From contig OX597825.1 in the NCBI GenBank assembly GCA_951406725.2, positions 37,386,001 through 37,450,000 on the forward strand: a DNA stretch of 64,000 nt. Direction: 5' to 3'. Below, in pieces: positions 1-15,490 of the stretch; within the stretch, counting starts at the first letter, position 1, and each line of letters starts with the position of its first letter. The position numbers and the translations under genes were made by a program. This DNA is from Octopus vulgaris. Its lineage: Eukaryota. The notes under the pieces were generated by a model, which saw only the letters and a program-made list of their open reading frames with translations, made no database searches and was not told where the DNA came from.

Positions 1-199
1 TATATACACACACATACGTATGTATAAATATATTTCGATATAAAACAGAAACATACAAATATACTAATATAATTTGTTTTTGGATCAGTTCTCGATTATT
101 TTCTTGTTTAGTACTTTTGTAATGTTTTCGTTATTGTAGTACTTTTATATTATTTAATTATTGCACTAATGGATGTGTACGTAATCACTCATAACACTT

Positions 200-387
200 A
201 AATTTACATTATATATATATACATACATACATATGTGTGTATGTGTGTGTGTGTGAGTGTGCGCACGTGTATATGCGTGTATACACACACACACGCACAC
301 ACACACAGACATATATATAAGTAAAGGTTCATGTATATTTTCATTTTTGTTTAGGCTTACGCATACATTCTTCGGTATATATACACA

Positions 388-427
<40 letters not shown>

Positions 428-790
428 ATATATGTGTGTGTGTGTACAAATATATATATCTATATAGATATATGTATATATGCACTTTCATATATATGTG
501 CATTCATTCTGAAATACACATATAATTACGTAAATACACATACATGCGTTCATATACCAATATATACGTGCAGAGGAGAGAAACAGACAAAGAGAGATAG
601 AGAGAGAGGGAGATAGAAAGGGAGAGAGAGGGAGAGAGAGAAAGAGTGAGAGAGAGAGAAAGAGTGAGAGAGGGAGAAAGAGAGAGAGATAGAGAGGGGG
701 AAAGGCAGAGGGAGAGAGACAAAAAAAGAGAAGGGAGTGATAGAAATATAGTGATCGCGATAAATTGAGAAAGAAAAATTATGAGAGGGA
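200..790. repeat. Compound microsatellite block: (TA)n/(TG)n/(CA)n followed by a GA-rich purine tract
   Basis: Directly visible dinucleotide arrays; the overlapping ORFs are YIYI/HTHT/LSLS artefacts. Confidence 0.95.
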
Positions 791-1698
791 AGGACAAGCA
801 ATGGAGATGTGTTGTACGAATAATAAAAGCACAAAATATATGAAAATTGAAATAGAAATAAGTAACCAATCAGAAATGTGCATTCTACTCTTTCATATTG
901 TATATAATTGAAGCGTTACATTAAACATTTTTATACTTATGGAATACTTATATTTTTCACTTTCTATTTCAACAGCATCTTAAAATATCAGTTACTGCTT
1001 TTCGCAAATACATTTTCATGCAATAAGTGCATCACCCTTATCAATTGTTAATATAAATGCATTCACTGGCACCGTATAAGCTATGTAAAGAAATTTTTGC
1101 TATCTCGGTTCTCTTCGAGATACGTGTTTATTTTCGGTTATGAACCAATAAAAGCGATACGAATGAAAGAAATGCAAAACGGAAACAATGGGTAAAAAAA
1201 ATCCACCCAAAGAAAGAGAGAATAAGCGGAACACAACATGATATGTTTCAAAAACTCAGTTAACAAAACTATCATTAAACTGAATTTTAAACATCTCTTT
1301 TACGGAAACATCTTCAAAAATTAAAAGCAAGATCTAACTTTATTTTAAGATATATATTGAAATCTACATACTGATTCACAACAATTCGCACGCATATCAA
1401 TGCATAGAGAGAAACATGCATCAATATGTACAGATACAGTCACAATGGTGATATATTGATATATGTATGTTTGAGTACTTATATGTTTATGTACCCAGCA
1501 TTCACTCTATATTGAGTGAGAAAACGGTATGGGCGGTTTTTTGGAGTCCAATAATACCCTGTACACCTATTTGATTATGAAGATTTACAAACATTCTTTC
1601 TCAGTGATACTCAATTTACCTACCATTATAAATAATACTAAATGTTCTTTTTCAGACCTTTCATAATGTGATAGAAGTCTTTGGTGTAGCAATTGCAT

Positions 1699-1790
1699 GC
1701 GGCTGAAAAGGGCTTTAAACTATCTGTTATGTCGATTATACATTGATGTAAGAATAAGTTGTTTTATAATGCTCGAAACATGTGTACCGC
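1699..1790 (+). ncRNA. Minimal type I hammerhead ribozyme motif (PLE pLTR type), probably inactivated by a core substitution
   Basis: Stem I GCGG(1699-1702)/CCGC(1787-1790); core CTGAAAA (consensus CTGANGA); stem II GGGC/GCTC enclosing about 57 nt; GAAA(1775-1778); near-palindromic CATGTG; GUA cleavage triplet; (TA)n starts about 40 bp downstream. Confidence 0.7.
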
Positions 1791-1824
1791 GACATCCTTT
1801 GTGTTCTGTTTTTTATTTCATTTG

Positions 1825-2184
<360 letters not shown>

Positions 2185-2251
<67 letters not shown>

Positions 2252-2325
2252 TGTATGTATATCTGCATATAAATATATGTATATATATGCGTATATATGT
2301 ATATATATATATATGCATGTACGTA

Positions 2326-2356
<31 letters not shown>

Positions 2357-2460
2357 GCATGTATGTATATATGTATATATACATGTATATAGATATGTAT
2401 ATATATATGCATAATTCATACATACATGTACATACTTATATATGTATCTACATATGCACA
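2185..2460. repeat. (TA)n/(TATG)n compound microsatellite
   Basis: Directly visible. Confidence 0.95.
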
Positions 2461-3244
2461 TATGGGTATAGGATATGGATGTGTACGTAATCTCTCATAA
2501 TAATTATCGATGGATGGAATTTATAAAATTATCTTAATACATCACTACGTGCGAGTCCACAAAATCACATGTTTCTCACGATAATGATCCTTATTTCTGG
2601 AATGATAGCACTATAGTCCGAAGTATACATAGACATCAGGTGGATCATGGTTCAAGTGTTCATTCCTTCGAGCGATATAGCACTATCTTTGGGAGCAACA
2701 AATATATAAGTCAACACACACTCCTCCCTCACCTTTATCGTTAACATTCCTTTCTCTCTTTCCATCATCTTCTATTCTTTCCTATCAAATGCACACAAAA
2801 CTGCCCACATACACCAATAAACCTTTTGATTTCTAAAAATTGATAAACATCTTCAGTTGTATATTCCTTGCTTACAAAGTTAGTTCCATCTTTGAACTGC
2901 GAGTTGTTTGATAGTTTCTTATCAGCTACCACAGGTTTTTTGCACACCACAAATTTGCAATATTTTCAACCAGATTTCGAAAGTCAAACGACAATATGCT
3001 TTTAGTCTGGTGAGAGTGTAATACAAGATCAGCCACACCCTGAGATATTTATGCAATTAGTTTTGATATATATGCATGTGTAAAGCAAAGTAACCCTCTA
3101 CGGCTTGCAGTATTGTCTAGTTCTTTTGTAATGCATTCATTCAAAAATTAGTATTTACCTTATGTACTATTTGTTAAATTGTTTGTAAAATGTGTATATA
3201 TTTCTGTATATATTACCTTGTAAATTTATATATATGTATACATG

Positions 3245-3246
<2 letters not shown>

Positions 3247-3292
<46 letters not shown>

Positions 3293-3314
3293 TTATGTAT
3301 ATATATGCATATTA

Positions 3315-3381
<67 letters not shown>

Positions 3382-3411
3382 TATATAAAATATATACATA
3401 TATACGTATAT

Positions 3412-3458
<47 letters not shown>
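3247..3458. repeat. (TC)n and (TA)n microsatellites
   Basis: Directly visible. Confidence 0.95.
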
Positions 3459-3460
<2 letters not shown>

Positions 3461-5020
3461 AGGAAAATGGAAGAGCAATCTTCGTCGTTTTCTATCCAAA
3501 ACGGATCGTCCATTCAATATTTACAAGCTATTGTTTGTAGTTTATAAGTTTCAAGAACCAGTGTTGCAAAACGTTATTATTCCACGTTCTCTCAAAGTTT
3601 CTAAATTCTTATGACTTTAATAGTAAACTTAAAGTTTCTTAAACGGAAAGCGCCATTCGAAGGATTTCTTTGGCCCAATAGTAAAACGCCGGACATGTTT
3701 ACAGGAGATGTGGATCGTATCCTACGAGCATCCTTTGACGATTTCTATCCAAAAGGACTTTTCGATATTTACATGTTATCATTTATTGATTTATGTACTT
3801 CGAGAAGCAGTATAAATTTGCATTCTTAGAATTGAGCACTCTTCCATTACTTCACGTTGGGCGTTTCATAAGCACTCTAAATCTTGGGTATAACGGGAAT
3901 ATAATATACTTTCAAGATAATGCAGCTTAGAATACTTCCTAGAAGTATTTGAAATGGGAATAGAAAGAGCGACTAAAGTTTACACTCAGAGCTGTCTAAT
4001 TTTGTTCTATACTGTCTAAATCCATGAAATCGAAGACACAACAGGTGCTCATACCGTCAAGAACTAAAGAAGTAATTATAATCTATGAAATTGCTCCCAA
4101 ACTACGCTAGCTATTGAATTCTCTTGATTAAATCTCGAAAGTAATTAAGCTGCACAAATTATCTCATGAATTCTGTTCAATAAGAGTCTATTTTTCAAAG
4201 ATGGTTCAGATTCGCTGACAATTACGCAAACCTTTAAATTAATCTTGTCATACACATACACACATACGCGCGTATGCAAACAACACAAGCGCTCATACGC
4301 ACGCACTCCACACGCTCCTCGTTTTTACAATAATGCAAACATAAATCCACCATATCAAACCAACTTCAGTTCACAGCTGGTATGCAAAAGAGCTAAAATC
4401 CAAAATTAACGTCCGTGTAATATGAAATTTATCAACGCATTCATTGGGCTCCACTGCATTCACATCATACCCTTTCGAAGAATGGAAAGATAAATTGTAT
4501 AGCGTAGTCCTAGATACTCTTTGCCTGAAGGAAGATGTGATTGTTATAGTTAGAATGCGTTTGATTATAAATCTGCTCCATCAGTGTTTATTTGTAATTA
4601 AAACGAGAACCAGAACTAAATGAATTGTAGTATACACCTTGTACTCCAGAGGATGAAAAACAAATTCGAGTAGTTAGAAGCCAGGCGGAAAAAGAAATAA
4701 ATAAAAACAGTCTACTGAACGAATACTGAGATACATTTGATCATAGGTATACTCGACCACAGATGACCTGGGGAAAAACATCATCAACAATATTAATTTA
4801 TTAATTTCACAAATGCGCAGCTTAAACTGAAGCCTTATATAACTGGCATAGATACTATAACAGCGACTGCACTAACATATTTGTGCCCTGTTCTACAATA
4901 TATAATTACAACATTGTACCCCGCCAGTGTCGACTAAATACTATTAAAACTCAATGCTTTACTACAAAACTGATTTCAGTTAAAATAAGGACAAAAACTA
5001 TGATATATATATATATGCAT

Positions 5021-5333
5021 GGGACCTTGGGCAAGTGTCTTCTACTAAAGCCTCGGGCCGACCAAAACCTTGTGAGTGGATTTGACAGATGGAAACTAAA
5101 AGAAGCTCGTCGTATATATGTATATATATATATGTACGTGTGTGTATATGTTTGTGTATCTGTGTTTGTCTCCCCAACATCGCTTGACAACCGATGGTGG
5201 TGTGTTTACGTCCCCGTAACTTAACGATAGAATAAGTACTAGGCTTACAAAGAATAAGTCCTGGGTCGATTTGCTCGACTAAAGGTGCTGCTCCAGCATA
5301 GCCACAGTCAAATGACTGGAACCAGCAAAAGAG
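5021..5333 (+). mobile_element. SINE family A (tRNA-derived, Octopus-type), 5'-truncated
   Basis: CCTTGGGCAAGTGTCTTCT (CORE-like), internal TA/TG tract, 3' end AAATGACTGGAACCAGCAAAAGAG; homologous to copies at 7598, 31995 and 41471. Confidence 0.85.
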
Positions 5334-5347
5334 TATATATGAATTTA

Positions 5348-5501
5348 TACGATCGGTTTCCATACAGTCTCCGTCCACCAAATTCACTCAAATGGCATTG
5401 ATCGGCCCAAGATATAGTAAAAGATAGTTGTCCAGTGAGACTGACACCGAAAGAGGTGGCTGCAAAAGGAACTTCTTCATCACACGGTCAAACCTGTGCG
5501 T
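5348..5501 (-). mobile_element. SINE family A, degraded 5' half
   Basis: Reverse complement resembles the head and body of the 41471 copy. Confidence 0.6.
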
Positions 5502-7032
5502 ATACTTAATTTTTCTAAATTGAGAGATGTTATCGAGGTTCTACAAAAATTTGGTACTACCCACTTCTTGATCCTTACAATCTTATAGATTCGAGTAGTT
5601 AGAAGCCAGGCGGAAAAAGAAATAAATAAAAACAATCTACTTATAGCACATCACTGTCCAAAACTTAATCAGGTAACAGGTTTAACAGCACTGATACGTT
5701 GGGTTTGAGCTACAATTAGTGGTGTCTGCATTATTGCAAGTTTGTATCATTTTCGATATATATCACTGCACTCGTCTGCATTATAGTGGCCTCTTCCTCA
5801 TTTGATTTACGTCCATGGGTCTCGGTGGTCATGAAAACAATCATGGCCGTCTACTTATCTCCTATGACTATGCCATAGAAAGTAAAAATGTATATTCCCT
5901 CGATTAAAAGAATAGGTATCTCTAAGTTATTCTAAAATCAACAAGGACGACTTCAACCCAATTTCTAAAAAAGCGAAAAGACCCACAAAACAACGAGAGA
6001 CGAAACAATGGTTCATGCCCTAATGAAAATAAATTTATGATTTGGTTTGAAATAAAGAAATTTAAACAGACACGAGAGTATTCAGTAAATTTAAAACAAC
6101 AATCTTAAAATGAAATTAAAGAAAATCAGCTTAAATAAAATAACTTGCATTTTAAAATAGTTACTTATTCGACTCCGATATAGCACGCTTTGATTAATTA
6201 CAAAACAGATCAGACATCCGCGTATCTGTTTTATAAAGACCAACGATGTCGGAAAAAAATGCAAACAGATAGAGAAAACAGCAGCAGCAACTACAGTGAG
6301 AATAACAACAACGACGCAAACAACCAATGTACGTAAACACTATACAAGCAAACGAAAATTAACAACAACAACAACAACAACAATAACAATAAAATAAAAA
6401 ATAAAATGTCTTGCTTCTGAGCACGAATCTTAAAGAATTCTATGTATGAAAGGAAAATCATAGATTCATCACGTTTCCTCTGCCATGTCATTTCTCACAA
6501 ACAATAAGTATTTTCATACATGCATACATACATAAAAACATATATACATACACACAATCATACATACATGGATATATACATACATAAATACATACATGGA
6601 TACATACATAGATACATACATACTTACATATACATAATATGTAGGCATGCATAATACACGCAAACACACGCAAGAACATATTTTTCAGAATATGTGCATG
6701 TTGGTGTATGTATGTGTGTGTGACTGAGTGTGCCTGAACGCACGACATACGTGTGTGCGTGTGTGTGTGTGCATATATATATATATATATTTGTATGCAT
6801 GGATGTATGCATGTATTTATGTATGTATGTATTTATCTATCTATTACCACTCTCTCTCTATATATATATTTGTCTATCTATCTATCTATCTATCTATCTG
6901 TGTACATATAAATGATATATATATATATACAGAGAGAGACAGAGACAGTGAGTGAGATAGATAGATATACATATGTATAAATTAAATTAGCTCTATAGAT
7001 GTATAAGTATGTGTATATATGTGCATGTAAAT

Positions 7033-7069
<37 letters not shown>

Positions 7070-7533
7070 TAGAGAGTAGTAATAGTTGTAGCTGTTGTAG
7101 TGATATTAGTAGTATTAGGAAGAAGAAATAAGTTGGTAAATGATAAAAATAAATAAAACAAAACAAAAGTACAGAATTTAAAGTAAAGCTATTTTGGTTA
7201 TAGATCTGACGTCAACAAATTTTCTTCTTTTGAAATCACATTTTACTCTAAACAACATTCGTGAAAACTTGTTGTTAGACTTCACAAAGAGAAGTAAAAC
7301 ATCTCTGAGACTTAACAAGGACAACAACAAGTGTAACGACAACAACGATGACGGCAACAATAGTAACAACTACAACAGCACCAACAGGAAACTTCTAAGT
7401 TTCTACTTTAAAAATTATATGAATAAAAATCATATCATAATTTGTGATATTCAATGCAATTTTTTGAGTATAAACAATGTTTTATAGAATGTCAAATAAA
7501 ATATATATATATATATATATCAATATGTATGTG

Positions 7534-7597
<64 letters not shown>

Positions 7598-7599
<2 letters not shown>

Positions 7600-7786
7600 C
7601 GAACCGCTAAGTAACCAGGCTGCAAGCGGAAAAGGGTGTATACATATATACGACAGGCTTCTTTCAGTGCCCATCTACCATATCCACACACAAGGATCTG
7701 GTCGGCCTAGGGCTATAACAGAAGACACTTGACGAAGTCACGCAGTGGGACTGAACTCTGAACCATGTAGTTGGGAAGCAAGCTTT
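7598..7786 (-). mobile_element. SINE family A, internally deleted
   Basis: Reverse complement gives GCTTGCTTCCCAACTACATGGTTCAGAGTTCAGTCCCACTGCGTG (B-box-like) through CTTAGCGGTTCGG; flanked by (TA)n. Confidence 0.8.
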
Positions 7787-7788
7787 GC

Positions 7789-7849
<61 letters not shown>

Positions 7850-7865
7850 CACACATATACATATA

Positions 7866-8070
7866 CAGCGGCCTTTTCGCTGCAGTTTCTGTCCACCAAA
7901 TCCACTCACAATGCTTTGGTTGGCCCGAGGCACGCACACACACACACATACACATTCACTCACATACTTACACATATTTCTGTTAACCAAATCCACTCGC
8001 AAAGATTTAGAGGGCCGTGAATATAGTAGGCTATAATAGAAGGTGCCACGCACTGAACCCAGAATCACAT
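7866..8070 (-). mobile_element. Two partial SINE family A fragments separated by a CA tract
   Basis: CCAAATCCACTC motif occurs twice; AAGGTGCCACGCA and CTGAACCCAGAA match the family head. Confidence 0.65.
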
Positions 8071-8073
8071 CAC

Positions 8074-8154
<81 letters not shown>

Positions 8155-8673
8155 ATATATATATGTATGTGCGTGTGTGTGTATATATATATATATATAT
8201 ACACATACACACAGACACATATATATATATACATACATGTATGTATGCAAACTCTTTCCAGCATTGGGCTGCGGTTATAGTTGGGACGATTGTCTACATA
8301 TGTTGGCGCTTTATTTTTCATGTATTTATTATATAAAAAAGATACGTGAAAAGTACACACACACACACATACATATTTCTCGTTCAGAGATTTAAAATTG
8401 AATGTTTTCCTCTTTACGAAATCAGTAACTGTGTGTCACTTAAAAAAAGGATATAGCTCGAAAAAGGCCTAGTTAATAACCCGGAGACCATGGTCCGCGC
8501 GTACCGTTTAAGGCTCAGTGGGGACATTAGCTCCCTTGTTCGAGGTGTAAGGACGCAGTTTTGCTTCGGTAGCTAGCTGAAAAAGATGTTTTCCTGGGGC
8601 TAAAAACGTTAGTAACATCGCCCTAACCAAGATTGCCAATAAAACTAAATATTTTCCTCTGTAGATATGTATG

Positions 8674-8977
<304 letters not shown>

Positions 8978-9844
8978 GCACACACATACAGACACAAACG
9001 TACATTCACGTATATATATACTTAGATATATGTGTGAATGTTTATTACAAGTATACATATATACGTATATATGTGCGTATCTGCGTCATTGTGTGTTGGT
9101 TTGTGTATTTGTATAATTCTTTTAATACCCAACTTAAAAGCATACTAATCAGTTTGATATTGAGCTGTAATCTTTCTAAAGATATCTCTTGTATAAAGCA
9201 GTCACCATTCAACAACAATTACACTAACTACGTTATTGGTAAACATATTTTCGGACGATAAACACAAGTACAAGAACAGTCCTAACAATCATAACTTCTT
9301 CCAATAAGATTCCAAACAACAATCCTTGTAAGAAATGAATCTACCTGTATTCTTTCTATCTATAATATAAACTCACTTATAAGAACTTAGACCATAATAA
9401 CAGTTACAAAAACATCTCCAGCATCGGGAGTAATAAAAAGAAATGAGAGCAAAAGTATAATAACTGGTGTCACAAACAACATAAAATTTTCATACTAAGG
9501 GTAGTGTAAGGATTGTTAACGTAGGAGGCAACGAGGAAATAATGATGAATTCAGATGGCATTCTTGTTAAGGAGAAAGAATATGTCGTTAGCTTTTGTAG
9601 AAAGGTGAGGGATACAACTTGAAATTTTGATGAATAAAATTAGTGAATAAAAACAGTGAAATAAAATGTGAATGGAGACAGATCATGGTACTATGATGAA
9701 ACCTGACAAATTTTGATATTATTAGACCTCATCATCCAAGTTTAGTTTGAACATGGTTGCCAAATCATTTTTATAAAAATAGCCTAACATTTTGTAGTGG
9801 ATTGTGCTACATAATTCTTGAAGATGAGGATTTGCTGGTCACAC

Positions 9845-9945
9845 AGTGTTACACCCAAGGCAAGTATCCTCTATCGCAATGATCCGAGTAATGGTTTGTT
9901 TGTGAATTCGTCAGATGGAAACTGTTTGAAAGCCCGTCGTATATA
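9845..9945 (+). mobile_element. Degraded SINE family A fragment
   Basis: GGCAAGTATCCTCTA and CAGATGGAAACTG...AAGCCCGTCGTATATA match the 5021 copy. Confidence 0.55.
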
Positions 9946-11263
9946 TGTATATGTCTACATACATACAGACACACATACATAAACACACACAAATGCGCGC
10001 GCATATACACAAACTCAGACACACACACACAGATACATTTCTTGATGAATAGTTCATACAAATTTCTAGGCAGTTGAAGTACATGTGACGCCTGTTAAGG
10101 CAGAAACACATGTCCGCAGCTTTGCTCGTGCCTTTAGACAAATAGACTATCTGTTCCTAAATGGGTCATTGATCATAAAGTAATATTGATTCCCGAGATT
10201 ATCGCCCCTTCCGCATTTGGCGTTAGTACCAATTACTATAAAGCATTTTGGCTAAACCCTCTGCAAGTCAAGGGAATTTCATTTCATTAAATGATTGCTT
10301 TATGTTTATCTTATTCAATACACTCATTTGTTGGTCAAATGCATGCCACTTGCCTTTCTGAGTCCTTTCTCTCAGTTGGTTTTCAAACTCCCTCTACGTT
10401 CTAATTGTTGATCGACTGTCGAAGTTGAACCCAGGTTAAAATGTTTACCCAATAAATGTACCCTTCCGTTTTAGAAAGTACTTCTCTTAAGTTACTAGAG
10501 ATGAGAAGGTATAGATTGAATTCCCTAATCTATGCTCAATCTGAAATGACTTGATGTTTAGCAACAACACCTGGTCTTTATTTTAAAGAAAATTAGAGAT
10601 AACAAAAAAGAAATAAAAAAAAAATTTTTCTAATAATTATTAGTTTTATTTTTGTTTGATATAAACAAGCACAAATAGCTAAATGATATAGTCGAAATGA
10701 AAACCATAACACAATGACGTAATCTCTGAAAAACTGTAGCGATAACATAAATATAAATGAAGCTAAGTGATGTATATTTGGGAAGCTATCTGAAGTGTGA
10801 TTTACTGTTTCAAATCGTTTCTGGCCTACGTTTCTGTTATGCAACTACCATTAACGCTTATAATTTCCGTAGAATGACGCTACGACGTTTCATCTTTGTA
10901 AATTGAAAAGCTTTATTTATGAAACTAATATAGAGTTAGTACAGTTATGTATTTTATATATTAGTTAGATTATTTCCGATACAATTATAAAGATAATGCA
11001 CGCACATACATAAACAAATAAAGGGTTGTAATTAATAAATTTTAAATAGATGGCGTAAAATAAATCAAAAGATTATCTGAAGAGTAAAATTAGGGATGTC
11101 AATATTGTAAACATTCTTATTCTATAGCCCAACTTATCACAGGCACTGCCATGCAGTCAGAGATAGATCTTAGATGTTAGTTAGTTAGTTAATTTGGCTC
11201 AAAAGCAAATAGCAAGGTCATGTAGGGGGACATGGAGTTAAGTTCATGTAAAGAGTTCAGGCC

Positions 11264-11265
<2 letters not shown>

Positions 11266-11301
<36 letters not shown>

Positions 11302-11465
11302 CTACCTACCTACTTGCCTGCCTGCTTGCCTGCCTGCCTACCTACCTACCTACCTACCTACCTACCTACCTACCTACCCATCTACCTACATATCTGTCTA
11401 TGTATGTATATATGAATGTATGTATGTATGCATGTATATCTCTCTCTCTCTGTTTATCTATCTAT
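11266..11465. repeat. (TC)n,(CCTA)n,(CCTG)n,(TATG)n compound microsatellite
   Basis: Directly visible. Confidence 0.95.
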
Positions 11466-13154
11466 GTAGTTGTGTGTGTGCATGTTTCTACATTTGCATC
11501 CATTCATCTGTATCTATTGATTAATCTGTTTTAGCGATCGTTCTGTTTATATTGACATTACATTTCATTACAAGGAATGCTTATTTGTTGTAACTATGAC
11601 AATAGGATTAGTTATATTGAAACTAGTACTGTGTTCAGCAGCTTCTTTTTAAATTCCATCAAAATAATACAACCCTAGCTGTAAGTGTTTATAGAAAGAC
11701 CATCACCTATATAACTATATTATGCTTGAACATTTAAAAGGTAATATTTGTTTCAAGCAAATCAGTTAGATCGTATTGTATCAATGTTCTATTTCTTTTC
11801 TTTCGTCGGTCTTGAACTATTTTTATCTTGTCTTGGCATTACGTAAGAAACGCAGTAAAGCAGAAACGAAAATGCTTCCTCGGTGAGTAATCAGAAACGA
11901 GTTATGGCAATCGATCGTTTGATATGGAACAAGGAAAATATCAGTAATGCGAAAGTTAATAATGATTTTAAATTCTAATACACTGCAGAGATTAATTCCA
12001 AAATGTCATTTCAATGAAGACGTACGGTCAGAGTGAGAAGGAAAGAGATTACTAAACATCAAGTTAAAATTGATGATTTATCAAGAATCGGTCGGAGAAT
12101 ACCGAGTTTTTGCTCTGTTTCCTATACAGATATTTAAAATCGCACATCTAAATTCCAATCACTGGAAAAAGATTAAGAGAAAGAAAGGAAAAGGACTAGA
12201 AATTTTGAAATAGATTAAGAAGGAAACGGCAAAGAGTTTTTATTAGCGTGACTAATTTAAAGAAAGTGTTTCCTGAAAGTAGCTTTAATAATTAGTAAAG
12301 TTTCGCAACGTCGGATGTAATCAGATATTGCATTTGTGAACCAGTTTCTTAGATCGTAGCGAAAACTTTTAAGAGTTAGTTGGTCTATTTAAACAGCAAC
12401 GAATTTAGTCACAGTTGCTGTATAGTTTTGAAGGAAATCATTCTTATTTTACATCACATCAACAATGTCGTTATTGCCATTTATTATTACCATTTATTAT
12501 CACTTATTCATTATTATATCTGGGTGTCTAGAACGCCGTAAATATATTTCCGACTTATCGATTCAAACATTCGTTGAAGAATTAATCGCTCTGTTGTATT
12601 TATGGTTAGTTATTAGTAGCACACTGCGTGTTGCTGCTGATCGAGTTGAGCAAGTGTCAGCCTCATGATCGAAAATATATCGGTTTGTATCACGTGAATT
12701 CCTAACCACCACACATACCTCTCAACAACTCACTTCACATTAATGAAAAGTCTTATATTCATAATTAGAAACAGTAATAAAACTCTAAATTCACAGAAGC
12801 TTTCAGATTCATTAACTTATAACTCAGAGTTCAAGTATTCACATAGCAAAGAATTCATCGGAGCAGGCTTATTCTAGGAACACTATGACTTTTAGCTGCC
12901 ACGTATGCTCAAAATTATAATTGAGATATGATAATGAAATAGAGGAGATCGGTCTATATTTCTCTCGACACACGGTATTGTCACCTGGGTAAAAAATTAA
13001 ATATATAATTTCCGCGATAATTCTATGCAGCAGCTGAGCCGGTAAAAGAGGAGACGAAGGCGATACAAGTAAAGGCGAGAGCTGGAGGTGTGTTTTACCG
13101 CGGAATTTGTATTATTTACAAATATTAGGAAAAATTAAACGATAATAACAAAAT

Positions 13155-13953
13155 TCCCTTCTCTTCCTCTTCTTCCTAATTCTTCTCGTATTTCTCCTCC
13201 TCCTCCTCCTCCTCCTCCTCCACCTCCTCCTCCTCCTCCTCCTCCTCCTCCTCCACCTCCTCCTCCACCTCCTCCTCCTCCTCCTCATCATCATCATCAC
13301 CTTCACCCTAAATACTAGCAACAGCAATATAAACCAGAAGAAATAAGCATCCACAATCTCTCTAATGAAAGCAAATAGAATCGAGCCAGCAACAGCAAAG
13401 CTAACTATAACAACATCAATAATGTTTTTCAGTCTCTACAACAATAACTGCAAAACCTCCCGAAAGCAGCAATAACAATAACTATATAATGCAATTACTA
13501 CTGAAGTAATTGCTACACCAATATTAGATAAATATGACCAAAAACGAAAGGCATGTATAATTATAATTGCAGCATCGTCATCATCGTCGTCGTTCTCGTG
13601 ATCATCGTCATCATCGTCGTAGTTGTCATCGTCAGTAACAGTAATAGACGCATCAGTAGCATCAGCAATAACAAAATGATGATGATGATGATGATGGTAA
13701 TAACAAAACCAACGACAAAAGCAACAACAATAACAGACAAAATGATGAACCGACGACGATGAGGGTGATGACGATAACGATGATAATGCCGTACCTCAGT
13801 GAAATAAAAAAAAACGCCTATACAACAAACTTGTGATAACCTCGACGAAAAAAGTAATAAGATATCTAATTAATAATACAGTATTCATCATCATAATTTT
13901 CATCATCTACATCGTAATTATCATCATCAACACCAAAATCATCATCATCATCA

Positions 13954-14010
<57 letters not shown>

Positions 14011-14825
14011 GCTATAATACTCTTCCTGATCCTGCCGTTCCTTCTCCTCCTCTCAATTTTTTTTCTATTAATGTCAATAACAAAACAATATAAATAACAC
14101 GAAAATGTCAGCAACATCACAGTGTAAATAACATGAAAATGTCAACAATTAGAGCATCACTTAGAAATGATGGAAATTATTAGTCTGTCAATTTAGCCAC
14201 CACTACCACCACCACCACCACCACCACCACCACCTCGACTATTACGGCCTCTACCTCCATACCCAGCGCCGTCACCATTAGCACCGCAACCACCACAATA
14301 ACAACAGCCAAACAAAAACAAAAATAATATCCTTAACCAGCATCTCTTATCCGCACCCCCGCCATCACTCCCACCATCATTTACTATTTCTATTACTACA
14401 ACTACCACAATTAACTATAGCCATTTCAACAACTGCTGCCATTAACTATCGCTATCATCAGCAACTGAAACATTAATATATTCATTGCAATACCACTATC
14501 AGCACTACAACCAAGAGAGGCACCACCATATCACTAAACAACCATTATCAATTTCTAACATTGCTCCATAATAACCATCTCTAACATCAATACGAATATA
14601 ACCACCACCACCAATACCACCACCACCACCACCACCACCACCACCACCACCACCACCACTAACACCACCACCACCAACACCACCACCACCACTACCACCA
14701 ACACCACCACCACCACCACCACCACAAACTACTAACACCATAACCATCACCTCCACCATCTCCACTACCACCACCACCACCACAACAACAACAACAATTA
14801 CTGCCACCGTCATCTCTATCATCCA
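13155..14825. repeat. Trinucleotide low-complexity domain: (CCT)n,(CAT)n,(CCA)n,(CAA)n
   Basis: Directly visible; explains the poly-R/H/G/M ORFs. Confidence 0.95.
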
Positions 14826-15319
14826 CATAAAATGATCCCATAAAAAATGATTCGATAGTCACATCTAGAAACCTTTTCTTTATAGATCACCTCTATCAGA
14901 TATAATCCGAGGTCAAATAATATAAACGAGTTTACCGCCTTCATTCCCGCCATTCACATTCCCATCATGACTATCATAGAACCCATGATCACCACTGCTG
15001 GTAGTAGCCACAAATGGTTTTTTTTTTTATAAATGTGAAATAAATGCAAGCTTTTTAAATGGTGTATTGAATTAATTTGAAAATCTCTGTATTAGTATGT
15101 AAGATGTTTTGATGTTATCATCTCTCCATATAGATTTCGTCAATTTGATAAAAGGATTTAAGTGAGCGCAATAATTCTTTAGAATCATAGTGGGGGATGG
15201 CGTTACATACGTAGTGTCTGCAGTATTTTTGACTTTAACGTAGCCCATCCAATTCCTGGTCTGACAACAATTAATCTCTTTCAGAGGAGTAAAAGAAAGG
15301 TAAACAGATAAAAAGAAAA

Positions 15320-15420
15320 GAATCGACCCCTCCTTCCAGTGTGGGTCTGGTACTTTATAGACACCGAAAGAATAAAATGCACAGTTGATCTCGGCGAGAT
15401 CTGAACTCAACAAAGTGACT
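15320..15420 (-). mobile_element. Degraded SINE family B fragment
   Basis: CTGGTACTT...CCGAAAGAATAAAATGC...CTCGGCGAGATCTGAACTC, similar to the adjacent copy. Confidence 0.55.
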
Positions 15421-15490
15421 GAAAAATTATAGCCGTCAAACAACTAAACCGAAACTCTAGCGAGTCTTCTACATTGGTTGCCTAAAAATA

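Larger units (their letters stand above)
4664..5641 (+). repeat. Dispersed 53-bp direct repeat (4664-4716 and 5589-5641)
   Basis: ATTCGAGTAGTTAGAAGCCAGGCGGAAAAAGAAATAAATAAAAACA(G/A)TCTACT, one mismatch. Confidence 0.95.

Noticed and set aside
3611-3829. 72-aa non-repetitive ORF as a host exon or PLE N-terminus
   Set aside because: No recognisable domain, only a vague resemblance, and stops in the adjacent sequence
8484-8500. GAGA-CCATGG-TC hammerhead 3' half
   Set aside because: The GAAA is mutated and there is no upstream CTGANGA; too degenerate to call
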